Source: Pseudovirgaria hyperparasitica (taxonomy: Eukaryota). From it: a stretch of DNA of 64,000 nt. Below, in pieces: positions 27,062 to 40,385 of this stretch. The stretch is from NCBI GenBank assembly GCA_010093815.1, contig ML996565.1. One strand, given 5' to 3'. Position numbers and translations under genes: made by a program. A model generated the notes under the pieces. It had not been told where the DNA came from. It did no database searches and worked only from the letters and a program-made list of their open reading frames with translations. Each line of letters opens with the position of its first letter. The first letter of the stretch is position 1.

Positions 27062-27493
27062 ATGCATTCTCTAGAGCAATACATAAAGGAGCTTTCGGAC
27101 CTTGAGACATTCATGTATGCCCGCCTGAAATTGGCCCATGCATGCCAGACCAAAGAAAAGGAAGGCGAGGAGAAGCTCATTGAGGACCTTGCGATGAACC
27201 GTACTGCCATCGAAGAGAACGAGAAGAGTTCCACGCTCGATGAGTCTCGGAAGCTCCAGGAAGATGACGGTCCGGCACAGAAGAACACAATGTTTGAGAT
27301 TCGCACATCCGAGGCTCCGATTGAGGTATTAGTCGCCAATTATACATATGTATGCATGTTTCAGCACTGACATTACATGATCCAGGGTCGTACAGCTCAA
27401 CCCACTGCTCACCAGGCATGTATGTCCAACGAGAAAGGCAAAGGCAGCAAAAAGATGCCACAGGAAAACAAACTCCCTATCGCGAGGCTCTGA
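27062..27493 (+). CDS. Possible hypothetical charged protein or gene relic
   Basis: E/K-rich ORF followed by a plausible 60-nt intron (GTATTA...CTGAC...CAG, 27326-27385). No family recognised. Confidence 0.3.
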
Positions 27494-28419
27494 GCACGCA
27501 TTTGGAAGGACGCACGCGAGGCAGCGCGTGCCACGGCTGGTCGGACGAAGCACATCGGCACTCGGTCCATTCTCAATCCGCGAATATCGCAGAACAGAGT
27601 CAACAAGCCAGATATAAGTTATAACCAAGCAGGTGCGCATCAAGATGCAGAATGGAGAAGCTAAGGGCACCAAGACGGATCACATCAAGATACAGGACGG
27701 GAAGCGTTCTGAAGGGTCATACCTGAGTCCATCTCTAGAATCATCCATTACAACTAGTCCAATATATCGATTTACATATTTTGATACCAAGTGACAAGGC
27801 GTATAATCCTACCGAATGTACCCCTCTCAATCAAGGCCGTCATATATCTAAATACTAATAGTAGTATTGACTAGCAGTGTAACTTACCTTTCTCCGTATG
27901 ACACATAACTCTGTTATTTCTTTTGTTCCTCGTATTATCTGCTGTGTGTCATATCTGCCTTGCGCGGCATACCTAAACGGCGCTAGCATGTCAGCCATGG
28001 ATTCATGCTCAAGGCTGATCCAGGCAGCAACATAGTCAGTCGACCATAAAAAGGTCGCAACGTAAGGGATACACAAGACGCACCTCCATACCTTTCTGTC
28101 CAATTCCCCGCTGCAGAATTTTCGTTTCTGCTAGATCCCACGACATCACCCACCATTCATCAACCAAAATATCATTCAGATTATCAACCAGATCATCATC
28201 AATAACATCAACAACATCATCAACAAGACCATCACCAACAACACCAGAAACCCAACCAAAAAAGTAAACCAGATCCATTCCTCCACGTTTGTCCATCCTT
28301 TCTCTCCACATCCATCCATCAACCCATCCAACAACCCACTATCCAATCAACCAACCAACCAACCAATCCCCTCAGAAAAAAATACAATAACTCACCCACC
28401 AAGAAGAAGAAGAAAAACA

Positions 28420-29121
28420 ATGGCAAACATCCCCTTCCCCCACCCCTTCACCACCACCCCCGCCACAACCCCCTTCCACATCCCCAAAACCGACTGGCTC
28501 GCCGCCAACCCACGCTTCGCAAACCTCGCCATCGGCGCCGTCGTCTTCAGCCCCCCGCTCCCCCAATCCCCAAACCAAACCACCACCACCACCACGCCCA
28601 AAATCCTCCTCCTCCAACGCGCCGCCCACGAAGCATACGCAAACACCTGGGAGCCCCCCGGCGGCGGCTGCGAAGACGCCACCATCGACCGCACGCTCCT
28701 GCACGGCGTAGGGCGCGAGCTATGGGAGGAAGCGGGGCTGGTGATGACGCGCGTGATGGCTCGCGTAGGCGGCGTGCATGCGTGGAGCCATAAGGTCAAG
28801 GGACAATGGGCGAAGATTGTGTTTTGGGTGGAGGTCGAACGGGGTGCGGACGGAGACGGAAACGGAAACGGAAACGGAAACGGGGAGGGCGATGTTGTTG
28901 TGAGGCTGGATCCGAAGGAACATCAGGCGTTTGTGTGGGCGAGTGAGGAGGAGGTTTTGGCGGGACGGGTTGGGGGCGTGGAGGTGGGGTTTATGGAGGG
29001 GGCGAGGGAGATGTTTGTTGATGCGTTTCGGGTGAGGAGGGAGGCTGTTGCTGCGTTGGGGGAGGGAGGGGCTGGATTTGCGGAAGGGGGTGAGGATGGT
29101 GGTGTGGGTGTTGCGGTGTAG
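28420..29121 (+). CDS. NUDIX hydrolase
   Basis: KILLLQRA...WEPPGGGCE...GVGRELWEEAGL Nudix box and downstream LDPKEHQAFVW. A (GGAAAC)n tract encodes a GN repeat. Confidence 0.9.
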   Translation: MANIPFPHPFTTTPATTPFHIPKTDWLAANPRFANLAIGAVVFSPPLPQSPNQTTTTTTPKILLLQRAAHEAYANTWEPPGGGCEDATIDRTLLHGVGRELWEEAGLVMTRVMARVGGVHAWSHKVKGQWAKIVFWVEVERGADGDGNGNGNGNGEGDVVVRLDPKEHQAFVWASEEEVLAGRVGGVEVGFMEGAREMFVDAFRVRREAVAALGEGGAGFAEGGEDGGVGVAV

Positions 29122-32100
29122 AGGCTTGCGTTCATGAGAGGTGGCTAGATGGGATAGAGGAAAGCTGGCGGTGGAGACATGGTATCATGGTAGATGGATG
29201 GATAGGAGAAGAAAAGGGCACGAACGAGCTGACGAAAAGTCATTGGCAAGCCAACCAGTGTGTGGCTTCTTAGCATTAGGTATAGAATAGAATTAGTTAT
29301 AGACTTATTATAAGGTACTTTGCTATACAAAGCTCCTCTAGCCACCTATAAAACATACCATGGCGACACGCGTGACGCACCAATTCTCACGATCATCAAC
29401 TTTACACATCTAGAATTATGTTCATATGTGTAGAACAGATGACATCGTTAGGATATGTGTGTTGGGAGGAAGAAGAATTGCTATCACACATAGTTCGTGA
29501 CTTACTCATTCACTGCCTTAAGGCCTTGATGCCTTGTCGCCTTGATGCCTTGGTGCATTGTAGTACTGAGTGTTGATGATGACATTAGAACCCGAGAAGA
29601 TTGGATGCATAAAAATATCCCCATGGCCCTCAGTCTTGCGCGCAAGACCAAGGTTTTTCTTTTTTCTTTTTCTTTACGAGAGTGTGCGGTGGATGTCGAA
29701 ACCGGTACGTTCATTGATGCTGTATCGAAACATATATGGAGACGTCACACAAAGCCCTCCTCGCATCCTCCTTCTACGCACAACACGTCTATGACACGAC
29801 AGAGACACAGCATATCAAGTATACACACCAGAATAGACTTTCGTGTTCGGACGCCGGTCGTATGTAACAACCTGACGCGTGAACGAGCACGAAAGCGAGT
29901 GTCGTCGCCCCTGCCGAAGCGCGAAATGTAAGGCGTGCAATCGGGGAATTTAAATGATGTAGGTAGTTGGTAGGTTGTATTGCCACCCGTGGCGTCATCT
30001 CCAAAACCACGACATTTAGTAACTTTGATGAACAGACGCGAAAGTTTAGTAGTCGCGGAGGGGAAGGAGAGTATGTATACGTGATGCAGCAACAAGCAAG
30101 TGAGTTTCGAAGAGCTTTGATTATAATTGATGACCTGTGCGCTAATAGGGCTTTAGTTGGACGAGCATACTAGAGAAGAAACGTCTGTGTACGATAAGTA
30201 AAGACAGCGAAACAGCGAGCCGGAGAAATCCGCTGTCAAGGCTGTCGCTCTAATTAGCGAGACTCCCTTGACGTTTTTTTGCCGTTGTCGTCGATCCTAA
30301 TCGTGTGTCTCGACGGACGGAAGTGGCGCTAATGTAATTACCTGAGCTATTGACATCCATAGCTGGACGGCAGCTGAAACGCTAACCGCGAGACTGGGAG
30401 TGAGACTGGGTTTGGATGTGGGAGATGGAGATGGGAGATGGAACATTGCCGGTAGGATTGCGCAGATGGATGGAGATGGATCAGTAGAGGGATGTGGTGT
30501 GGTTTGTGGCCGTCCACTAGAGCGGCACTCCAGCCAATTGGTTGAAAGATAATTTCTCTCTTGGAGGAGCAGGAACTCTATTCATTGTTCGATACGTGCG
30601 TAGAAGCAGTTTGTGGGGAGGTCTCGGTATGCAAAACAAAAAGCCACGTTGGAATCGATCCTTTAGACGGATAATTTCCCCGCGACTTCCAAGGTCACTC
30701 CCGGGATTTTGTTAAACATGACCGGAGCGTGGACTTTTGACGGGAAGCACGGCTTCGGGGGATCAATTCCGCTCCGGGATTCGCGGTCATGCCGGTAACA
30801 GATACCTATATATGTATGCACAGTATATGTGCCTGTATGATGTAGGTACTGTAGGGTGGTATTCGCCCGCGTGGATACCGGCATATGAGGGCAAAACGAC
30901 CCATTCTAGAGGCAACCGTGCGTGCGTATACTAGGTCATTGATCGCACGAGCAGTGGACCCTCCCTTACCAAATGACTCCCAGGCTATCTCATCCTTTAC
31001 TTAATTGTTTAGTGAGGTACTCAGCTCAAAAGAGCGGTCGGCGACTCTTCGTGTCCATTTCCACAGACGTAGGATTGAATTCGAGTCTTCATCGGTCCGA
31101 GCGAAGTATTGCTCTGTGCTCTCACTCACTCCATGAGGCCCCTGCTGACCCTGTGGAGATGTCCGGCTGTGTAGATCAGTACTAAGTAGTGACGAAAGGC
31201 AGATGAATTGCAGGGGTGTCGTATGGCAGACGAACCCGCCCGTGCACGCGTGGGAGGGCTGGCTGCTGTTTCTGACATCAGCCACGAGGCATCAGATCAT
31301 GGAGTTCATGAAACACTTCTTTGGTATTTGTGGCAGTTGCCCCTGATAGAGATGCACATGGCAGAGGACAGACTGTCTGTATGCTGCTGTATATGCGAGA
31401 TTTTGCATCAGATCTTCCCTGCAGGTATTAGTGGTGTTAGTGTGTAGAGGCTACACAGAACATGCATGTAGTGAACATTACATATACTATTACCATGAGA
31501 TGGCAGCCACGTTTGAGGGACTGATCGTCTACCGAACTGATAAATGGTTGAATCCTTCAGGCTCCAGAGCACTACTGTTTCATGTCTGAAACCTTGTTGT
31601 GGCCTGATTCTACATTTGCGTGCTCTTCAATCGAGAAACCAATTCGGCCAGCAACAGGGATCCGGAAGTGGCGGTCCAGATGACCTTTCCCAGACCCTGG
31701 ACGACCAGACGGGCTAAGATTGAAGCCAACCAGAAGTGTACAGAGCTGATGCAATGTCTGTGCCCTTACTGGCCAGTTACGAGGGTTCAGGACCTCTAGA
31801 CCCGATTGCTGATCGAGTGGTTGGAGATCTAATAGCTGCGCCGGTGCAGTTTCCCCGCATGTCTTCTTGCTAATGTCTCCTTGCTACGGCTCCAACTCTT
31901 GCAGTGTGCCAGATGTGTAGAAATGTTGCTAGCCGGCCCTGTTGCGATGAGAACCTGCTAGGTATACTCTGTTACACCCATACTACAAGCCTACAGCACG
32001 CAGTATTGCCGAGGCTCAAATGAATTTGTAGTGGAAGGATGCCTGTACAAAGCACACTGTGCAGCGGGGGCATAGACAGGACGCATGAAAAGATGTCTTG

Positions 32101-33420
32101 CTAGGACCAGGGCAGATGACCAGGGAGGTCGTGATGGGGGTGCGAGAGTGACCTGGATGAGGGACTTGCGGAGTTGCAGGCGGCTTGGGAGCGATCGCGG
32201 GAGGTTCGTCCATTTGGGCGGAAGAGATGGGTGGCGCGTGCTGGTCTGAGAGCAATGTGCGCCTCTGATTTGACGACAGCGCCCCGCACGCGCAGACAAA
32301 GAAGGATGTGAGGTCAAGTAAAGATGCGGTCAAGAGGGCGTGGGCGGGCCAGTGGAAGTGTGGAAATGTCATCGAGTGTGATGTGCATTGAGGAAGATAT
32401 GGCATATCATACTGAAGTGGAGGTAAGGATGGCAGGGCAGGCAGTAGGTTACAGGCCACTATTATGGAGCTTGGTGGGCTCCTACGACTAACAAGCATGG
32501 ATTGCACACAGGACGTAAGACGGAGGTACCTAGCTAGGTAACTCTTGTGACTTTGTGATGCTGTACCAGGTCTTACTCTTCGTTGTTCCACGCAGACATA
32601 GAAGCAGAAGCATATTAGAAGCAAGGTCCTGACTCGTGCGTAGGTTTGCAGCAGAGGCCATCGACGGTGACCTGCGACCAGGACAAGGACGGGCGCACCG
32701 TTTAATCGTTAAATACCACCACTCCAGCGCTGACCATATCTGTCGTACGTACCACCTGGGCCACAACTCACACATCAAGACAATTAAACTGACTTGTGTT
32801 TGTTAGTGTTGGCGAAGAAGCCAGCCGGACAGCGAGCTAAGGTGGCAGCAAGCCACAGATTCTGGGGAAGCCTGGGGCCTGGCCTAAAACTACTAAATCA
32901 CTAAACCACAGCGGGCGATCCACCCACCCAACAAACCGTCTTGTTCGCCTGTCGCCGCCGCCCGGTTCTGGCTCTGGCTTTGGCTTTGGGGCTCCCTCTA
33001 GGCTCTTTGCCCCTCGCTGTCCGCGCTGTCCTCGCTGTTCTGGCTGTTCTGGCTGCCCTCGCTGCCCTCCCTCCTCCCTGCACCCACCCACCAACATCAC
33101 TGACTGCCGCCGCCGCCGCTTCTGCTGCAGGCTGCAGTAAGTAATTCCTCCTTCTCTTACCGGCCGCTCAGGCGCCTTCCCCACACATTTTGCTTTCCGG
33201 TCCTGCATCCATCCGCCGCTCGCATAGAACGCATTCACGCACACGCACACACACCCTCACACGCTACGCATATCCACCACACTCACCCTCACATACGCTT
33301 CCTCCCACCGCCCTACACTTCCATTCTCAACTATATCCTCTTCTCCTGTATGACCTCTCAACGCACCACTTAATCTCCGTCCTCCAAAGGCTGCGCTGCC
33401 CACTTAATAATACTGCTCGA

Positions 33421-36400
33421 ATGGCGACCATGGCGACCGAGACCACCCTGCATTCTCCCACTTCTGTCACTTCAAAGTCCCAGAGCATAGGGCCTGCGAA
33501 TAGTGCACAGGCTCACGCTTCATTCCGAAGGTGAGTGCGCGCCTCGACATGCACCAAATATCGCAAGTCTGACTGCTAACCTGTGTCGTGTGCTTGCAGG
33601 CAAAGAGCGTCAAGAGCATGCGAGGTACGTCTTGATATTTATTATCCCGCCCAGTTTCGCGTCGTCCTCTCGGTGCCGAGGATCTCGGTGCCCACCAACT
33701 TCACGACCACGATGGCTAATCATGACCACAGACCTGCCACGCTCGAAAGGTACGATCCGTCATCGCGCCTTAAGAGTCTATCGCTTTGTCGACCTTCGCC
33801 ATTAACTTCATCACAGGTACGATGTGACGCCGCCAGCCTGGGTGTACCATGCACCAATTGCACCGCCTTCGGCATCGAGTGTCGCATTCCCACCCCGAAA
33901 CGGAAGAAGAATAACTCAAAATCAAAGGACTCAGACAGGTAAGACTCAACTGTTGCTTGTTTCGACGGCCTGAACACAGAGGGGCATCTATGCCGGCGTA
34001 TCAACGTCGACTTCAACAACATCTCCGCATTTCACGACCCCGCCTTCTGCCTCCGCAACACGCAACACTGCCACCCGCGAATGCGAGAAAGAGAAAGAGT
34101 ACCGATGCAAACCTCAACATGGAGATGCGCTAGCTGAGAGCTGGTCAGATTGTGGGAAAGCAAATCTGAAAACTTGGCTTGCGACCTGTTTCGCTACTCG
34201 ACCCATTGGGAAAAGGACATTTGCTAATCAACATGTCTGCTATAGTGACGAGCGCGATCAATCCGTCACCCAAGATGCACCGTCCGAGAAATCACCCATC
34301 TCTGAGCTGTCCATCGCTCCAACATACCAGGGCATGGAATCAACCACACGAGATGGCAAGTATTCAGCGGTAAGTTCTGCTTTATATCTCTAGTCTGCAC
34401 TAATTAAAGTACTGACCTGTGATCAGTTTATGAAGCCACGCTTTGCCAGAGCGCCAATCAAGGAAGCTGGCCGTGTAGCATATCTCGGAGAATCGTCGAA
34501 TCTGTCATTATTAGTGCACGATAGATACGGAGCATCAGACGTAGTACATTACCCACTTCCTGAGAATGTTCGTGGCGCCAAAGGTAAGGTCAATGACCTC
34601 GACAACATGGAGATTGAGATTCTCCATCAAAGAGGTGCCTTTCTCTTACCACCTCGAGCACTGTGTGACGAGTTGGTCGAAGCATTCTTCAAATGGGTTG
34701 CGCCAGCTGTTCCAGTAATCAATCGCAATCGTTTCATGCGCCAGTATCGGGATCCGAAGAACCCTCCTTCTCTACTACTACTTCAAGCTGTGCTCCTGGC
34801 TGGCTCCAGAGTATGTAGTAATCCCCAGCTGATGGACTCAAGTGGGTCGACAACACCTGCGGCGATGACGTTTTACAAACGTGCTAAAGCACTGTATGAT
34901 GCGAACTACGAGGATGACAGGGTCACCATTGTGCAATCTGCTATTCTAATGGGTTGGTACTGGGAAGGTCCCGAAGGTGAGCAACACACTCCTTGGTCAT
35001 AGCCTCGCAAATCATTAATGACGATCCTAGACGTGACCAAGAACGTCTTCTATTGGACCAGAGTCGCTATAGTGGTGGCGCAAGGGTCGGGAATGCATCG
35101 CAGGTCAGTTCTCTCGTGTCTGCACACCCTACATTCGCTGAGATTCAATAGTGTCGAGACGTCCCAGCTCAGTCGATCTGACAAGCGTCTGTGGAAGCGC
35201 ATTTGGTGGTGCCTGTTCTCCAGGGATCGTTCTGTTGCCGTTGCTTTAGGGCGACCCATCGCCATCAACCCCGAAGACTCGGACGTCGAGATGATTTCAG
35301 AAGACGACTTCATCGAGGATGAAGCTGATCGACCCACCGAATATCCTCTTGATTCGGTTCATGTGCACTTCTTCATCAATTACGTCAAGCTGTGCGAAAT
35401 CATGGGCTTAGTCCTGTCGCAGCAGTACTCGGTGGCCGCCAAATTCCGGAGGACCGACGCAATCGATCTGACGCACAGCGACATGGCTTTGGCTGACTGG
35501 CTACAACATTGCCATCATGACGTGCAGTGGGACAAGTCTCGACACCACTTCTGGTCTGCCTTGCTGAATGCAAACTACTAGTAAGTTGTGCTTCACATGT
35601 GATATCAGCCGAGGCTAACGATCCTAGCACTACGCTCTGCTTACTACATCGAGCACATATGCCGCCTTCAGGGTCTCCCAAGGCGCAGAATGGCCATGTA
35701 CAGGTGGAAGAGACAGCATACCCCTCTCGAACCATTGCATATCATGCAGCTGGCATGATTACGTCGATCATAGAGCAGCTAATGGCGCAGGACGAGCTCC
35801 GTTACGCCCCTGCGTTCATCGTCTACAGCCTGTTCTCGGCTTTGATCATGCATGTCTATCAAATGAGATCGTCGAACAAGGCCATCGTAACTGCTACGGA
35901 GCAGCGCATGCACACATGCATGCAGGCGCTCAAGGAAGTCTCTAAAGTGTGGCTGGTGGCCAAGATGGTGCACACCCTCTTTGAATCAATCCTCGGGAAC
36001 AAACATCTGGAGGAGCGGCTGCAGAAAGCTGCAGGGAAGCGTCATCAGAAGAACAAACACTCAGCCGCGGCAGCCGCAGCCAGAATGCAACAGACCCAGC
36101 AAATGCAGCAGCAGCAGCAGCAGCAGCAGAAACCGAAAGATGAAGCCCTCAAAAGGAAGTTTGACGACATGGAGCTCGGCTATGGACTCGGACCAGCTCC
36201 CCCAGTGTCATACGAACGATCGCGCCCCCAGACACCAGCGATGACTCCCTCTCGCGAACTTCCTCCGCAGCAATCCCAGCCTGGTCAACAAATGCCTTCG
36301 ATGAGTGCTACGTCTCCGCATATTTCTCGCCAAAACAACGATGCATTCATGGGTAAAGCCGATACCCGCCCGACCACTCCTTTCAATCCGTCTTACTCTT

Positions 36401-36986
36401 ATCCAGGCACACCTCCAGAACTGTTCCTTGTAACCCGCAACTCACCAAACATTTCTCAAGAAATATGGCAAAACTTCCAGCCTGACCAGCTATTCCCATC
36501 CGATACCAATGTCACATTCCCGCAGATATCGCCTATTCAACAGCATGGCATGGTCGATCCTGCACTAACACGCCAAACGCCACAGCAGCAGCCAATGATG
36601 CATAACTTGCAGACTCAGGGTCAGCCCCAACAACAAGCACGCATGCAAAGCCCACCGCAAGGGTCTATACACGTCAACGGTGGTGTTCCTACATATAACC
36701 ATGGTGGCCAACAAGAGTGGCCAATGCAAATGGAGGGTCTCCAGCAGCAGCAGCAACAACAACAACAACAACAACAACAGCAACATCAACCGCCACATGC
36801 GGATCAAGATACGTGGAGTAACAGCAGTAGCAACGCCGGACCATTTGTGCCAACTGCCCTGAATGTGGAAGACTGGTATGCCTTCTTATCCCGTACCCAT
36901 TAGTCAGAATTTGTTCTAATCAACCATGCAGGTTCAACTTTTTCGGGATTCAAGGAGACGCCAGCCATTTGCATAACTTTAGCTAA
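33421..36986 (+). CDS. farA: Zn2Cys6 transcription factor FarA / cutinase transcription factor 1 alpha
   Basis: Spliced N-terminus SFRRQRASRACE-TCHARK-VRCDAASLGVPCTNC (exons 33421-33530, 33600-33624, 33732-33749, 33817-33938, 34246-34369). Then MKPRFARAPIKEAGRVAYLGESSNL, the fungal TF middle domain, poly-Q tracts and the C-terminal LNVEDW/FNFFG. Confidence 0.92.
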
Positions 36987-37601
36987 TTGAGGCGTAAGTC
37001 TCTGGTCTTCCGGTCACTCTTTGTTCGTCACGGTCGTGTATTGTTTAGCGTTGTACATGGGGAACAGGCGATATTTGCCTAATAAGGGGCGAGAATGTGT
37101 GGTACGCCATGACATGAACATATTTTTGGCGACGTACACAACTGCACTTATTAGTGCCATCAAAATGTATAATTACCAAAAACGGCGACAGACATAATGA
37201 TATTTATGTAATTCACACATAAGCCAGGCCGTATTCGCAAAACCGAGAGACATGGCACCGCCCGGGCTTCTATCCGTGCAGCTCTGATTTCCTTGCCTTA
37301 CCCAGATTTCCACTTTTGTCGACGCGGGGTCCGGAATTACCAGAAAAGGAAAACCGTCAACCACCTCTTGATATCAAATAGAGCAAGTGGCAACCCCGCG
37401 GAGCACAACTTTTCTGCTCGACATCAACTTCCTCAAAACCACGAAGACCTTTCAATTGAGCTTCATCATTCACTGCTAGACCATCCTCTCTACGTTTGCA
37501 AGGAAGGAGTATCATCGAGCCTGCGAGACACAAATATACCCTCCAAATCGAGCTCTACTCTGCATTCACAGCTTTCAGTCTTCCTCCATATACTCTACGT
37601 C

Positions 37602-38114
37602 ATGGCAGCAGCCACTTCACTCACGCCCCTCCGCATTGCCATCGGCTGCGACGAAGCAGGCTTCAACTACAAGACAGCACTCAAGAAAGACCTCGAAGCC
37701 TCACCCCTCGTCTCGTCCGTCACCGACGTCGGCGTCCCAGCCCACACAGACAAAACAGCATACCCACACGTCGCAGCTGCAGCGGGACAACTTGTCGCCT
37801 CGGGCGCCGTCGACCGAGCAGTCTTGATCTGCGGCACCGGGCTAGGCGTTGCCATCGCAGCGAACAAAGTGCCTGGCGTGCGCGCGGTGACGGCGCATGA
37901 TGGGTTCAGCGTCGAGAGGGCGGTGCTGAGTAACGATGCGCAGGTGCTATGTTTAGGCGAGAGGGTTGTCGGGTTGGAGTTGGCGAGGCGGCTGGTCAAA
38001 GAGTGGTTGGGGTATCGGTTTGATCAAGGCAGTGCGAGCGCGGAGAAGGTGAGGGCGATTATGGGGCTTGAGGGAAAGGGGCTTGGGGAGGGCGAGGAGA
38101 AAAGAGGGTGTTAA
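37602..38114 (+). CDS. rpiB: Ribose-5-phosphate isomerase B family
   Basis: [29 protein letters not shown] and [15 protein letters not shown] motifs. Confidence 0.93.
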   Translation: MAAATSLTPLRIAIGCDEAGFNYKTALKKDLEASPLVSSVTDVGVPAHTDKTAYPHVAAAAGQLVASGAVDRAVLICGTGLGVAIAANKVPGVRAVTAHDGFSVERAVLSNDAQVLCLGERVVGLELARRLVKEWLGYRFDQGSASAEKVRAIMGLEGKGLGEGEEKRGC

Positions 38115-38395
38115 GGTGCGTTATACCGGTGGCTTCGATGATGTTGTCGGATGCAGCTTTGTGTGTAGTGCATGAAGTCGACCCATGAAGGGTCATTCGC
38201 TTGTAGACGTATGCATGTACCCTATACTATATAATTACTGGCACTCTGATGCTTCGTCAATATGACATCTCGAAAGCGAAGAGAACAGATGTACACAGAC
38301 TTCCCTATCCGGATAGACCATGCAGCAAGCTTGCACCCCACGTTTTACCCCCACATTCACTTTTCTTCCAGCACAACTCACGAACTACACTCTCC

Positions 38396-39010
38396 ATGTT
38401 CTCTAGACTCACCCTCCTTAACCTCAATCCCATACTCCGCATCGCAAAGATGTCTACGCACTCCGTCGCTTCGCTCCCGCGTATAACACGGGAAGAGCTA
38501 CGCGCCCTCCTCACATCGCCGCCAGGGTGCTCTTCCACCTCAAACACCGACCCCGCGCCATCGTCCACAGATGCAGCCTCCACTTCAACAACCACCCAGC
38601 CACCCGCCTCAATACCTGCTAGAACAGCCCTCCCCTCTCCTGTCCCCTCTAGCATAGCCATAATTGACGTCCGCGACGACGACCACATCGGCGGCCATAT
38701 CCGCGGCAGCACGCATGTCCCCTCACAACAACTCGACGTGCGAATGCCAGAGCTACTCAGACTACACGGCGATAAAGAGATGCTGGTATTCCATTGTGCA
38801 TTGAGTCAGGTCAGAGGGCCGAAGGCGGCGCTCGGGTACCTGCGCGCGCGGGAAGAGAAGATGGCGAAGAGTCCTAGTGGGGGAATCAAGGAGGGGCAGA
38901 AAGTGTGTGTTTTGCAAGGTGGGTTTGGGGATTGGCAGAGGAGCTATGGGAAGGATGAGAGGGTTACGGAGGCGTTTGATGAGGAGCTTTGGGAATTTGG
39001 GGGACCTTGA
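38396..39010 (+). CDS. Cdc25-like rhodanese-fold phosphatase / arsenate reductase (Ych1/Acr2 type)
   Basis: IIDVRDDDHIGGHIRGS and the CX5R active site FHCALSQVRGP. ATGs at 38396 and 38450. Confidence 0.9.
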   Translation: MFSRLTLLNLNPILRIAKMSTHSVASLPRITREELRALLTSPPGCSSTSNTDPAPSSTDAASTSTTTQPPASIPARTALPSPVPSSIAIIDVRDDDHIGGHIRGSTHVPSQQLDVRMPELLRLHGDKEMLVFHCALSQVRGPKAALGYLRAREEKMAKSPSGGIKEGQKVCVLQGGFGDWQRSYGKDERVTEAFDEELWEFGGP

Positions 39011-39435
39011 TATTTGTTCCTGGGCGTTCAAGAAGACTGGAAAGAAGTAGATGAAGGCGCTAGACTATCAGACGCTGAGTTGACCAGCGGGAACCCTCTT
39101 GAGCTGGTTGGCTCACATGTTACGTTTGAGGTATCGAAGTGGCATGGACAAGGCTGGAAAGTTGGTTTGGCATGGGATCCTGGATTTGTTGGTGTGCATC
39201 TTGGAGCGGTTTGGTCAACTTATTGAGCCTATGATGATACAGCTAGTCCCGAGAACGAAGATTAGATTCACCTAAAGTAATCATAGAGAATGTTGTGGTA
39301 CGGTATAAGGCGCACCATGAATGTCTTATATTAGCACGTATAGCGCGTCGCGCCGCTTGGTCCGAGCTCTAGGGCGGAACTAGAATCTTTGGATTGAAGA
39401 TTGCTGAGCTCGTGGCAGCTGCGCGTAAATCTGCG

Positions 39436-40157
39436 ATGCCGATCCGACCATTTCCAGCAGGCCTCACTGTTGGAGTAGATCTATGTTCTATCGATCGATG
39501 CCGTCAGATAATAACAAAATCCACAGAGACTGGCCGCGCACCGCACCGAAAGTCTCCCTTGTATCGCCTTTGTCAGAGGATCTTCACTCCATACGAACAC
39601 ACCAAGTTTTGCGCGACGTACAACCTCAAGCAACATCAGATCGGGACCGATGAGGGTTTTATAGACAGGGTCTCACACTTCCTGGCTGGTCGGTAGGTCG
39701 TCCTGGCCTGCTTCGTTGCACGTCCCACTGAGTACGTCCGTACAGCTTTGCTGCAAAAGAAGCCGTCATCAAGGCCGTCACATGGAGGAAAGTCTCGTTT
39801 GATATGATCATCATCAAGTATCACGCGCGCGGTCACCCCTATGCTATCGTGCTCGACAAACCATACGGCGACTATCCCTCTACCGTACGCCCAGGCCCAG
39901 GTCCTGACGATGGTCCCGACGACTGTTCGCGTATGGACGGACAGCATGTGCAGCTAAGCATTAGCCATGATGGCGCATATGCAACCGCTGTTTGTTTAGC
40001 ACCCGATACGACGGAATTGTCGGAAGAGTCCACAGATTCTGATGTACACGATCGACTTGGACAAAACAACGAGGATGACGACGGTCTGTTTGAAGGTTTG
40101 GGAGTATCAAGTAAAGACATGGACGGGGAACATGAGGACAATAAAACACCGAGGTGA
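39436..40157 (+). CDS. AcpS-type 4'-phosphopantetheinyl transferase (Ppt2/PptB-like)
   Basis: VGVDLC, FLAGR|FAAKEAVIKA across one intron (about 39693-39745) and LSISHDGAYATAV. Confidence 0.9.
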
Positions 40158-40385
40158 ACAGTATCAGTCAAGACTTCAGCTGACATATCTCTACGATATA
40201 CAAGTCAGGATCAGGCCATACAAGAAGCATATGGCGTAAAAGAGCAGGCGACGGACTTTGCAGTCCCTGACTCCCACGCGTTATGAACGACGTAAAAAGC
40301 CACCATAATGACGGTACTGAAAGAATCGCAGCGTAGCCGTGCTTCATACACTATTGGTACGACACTTCCTTCCGAGCCTACTGAT

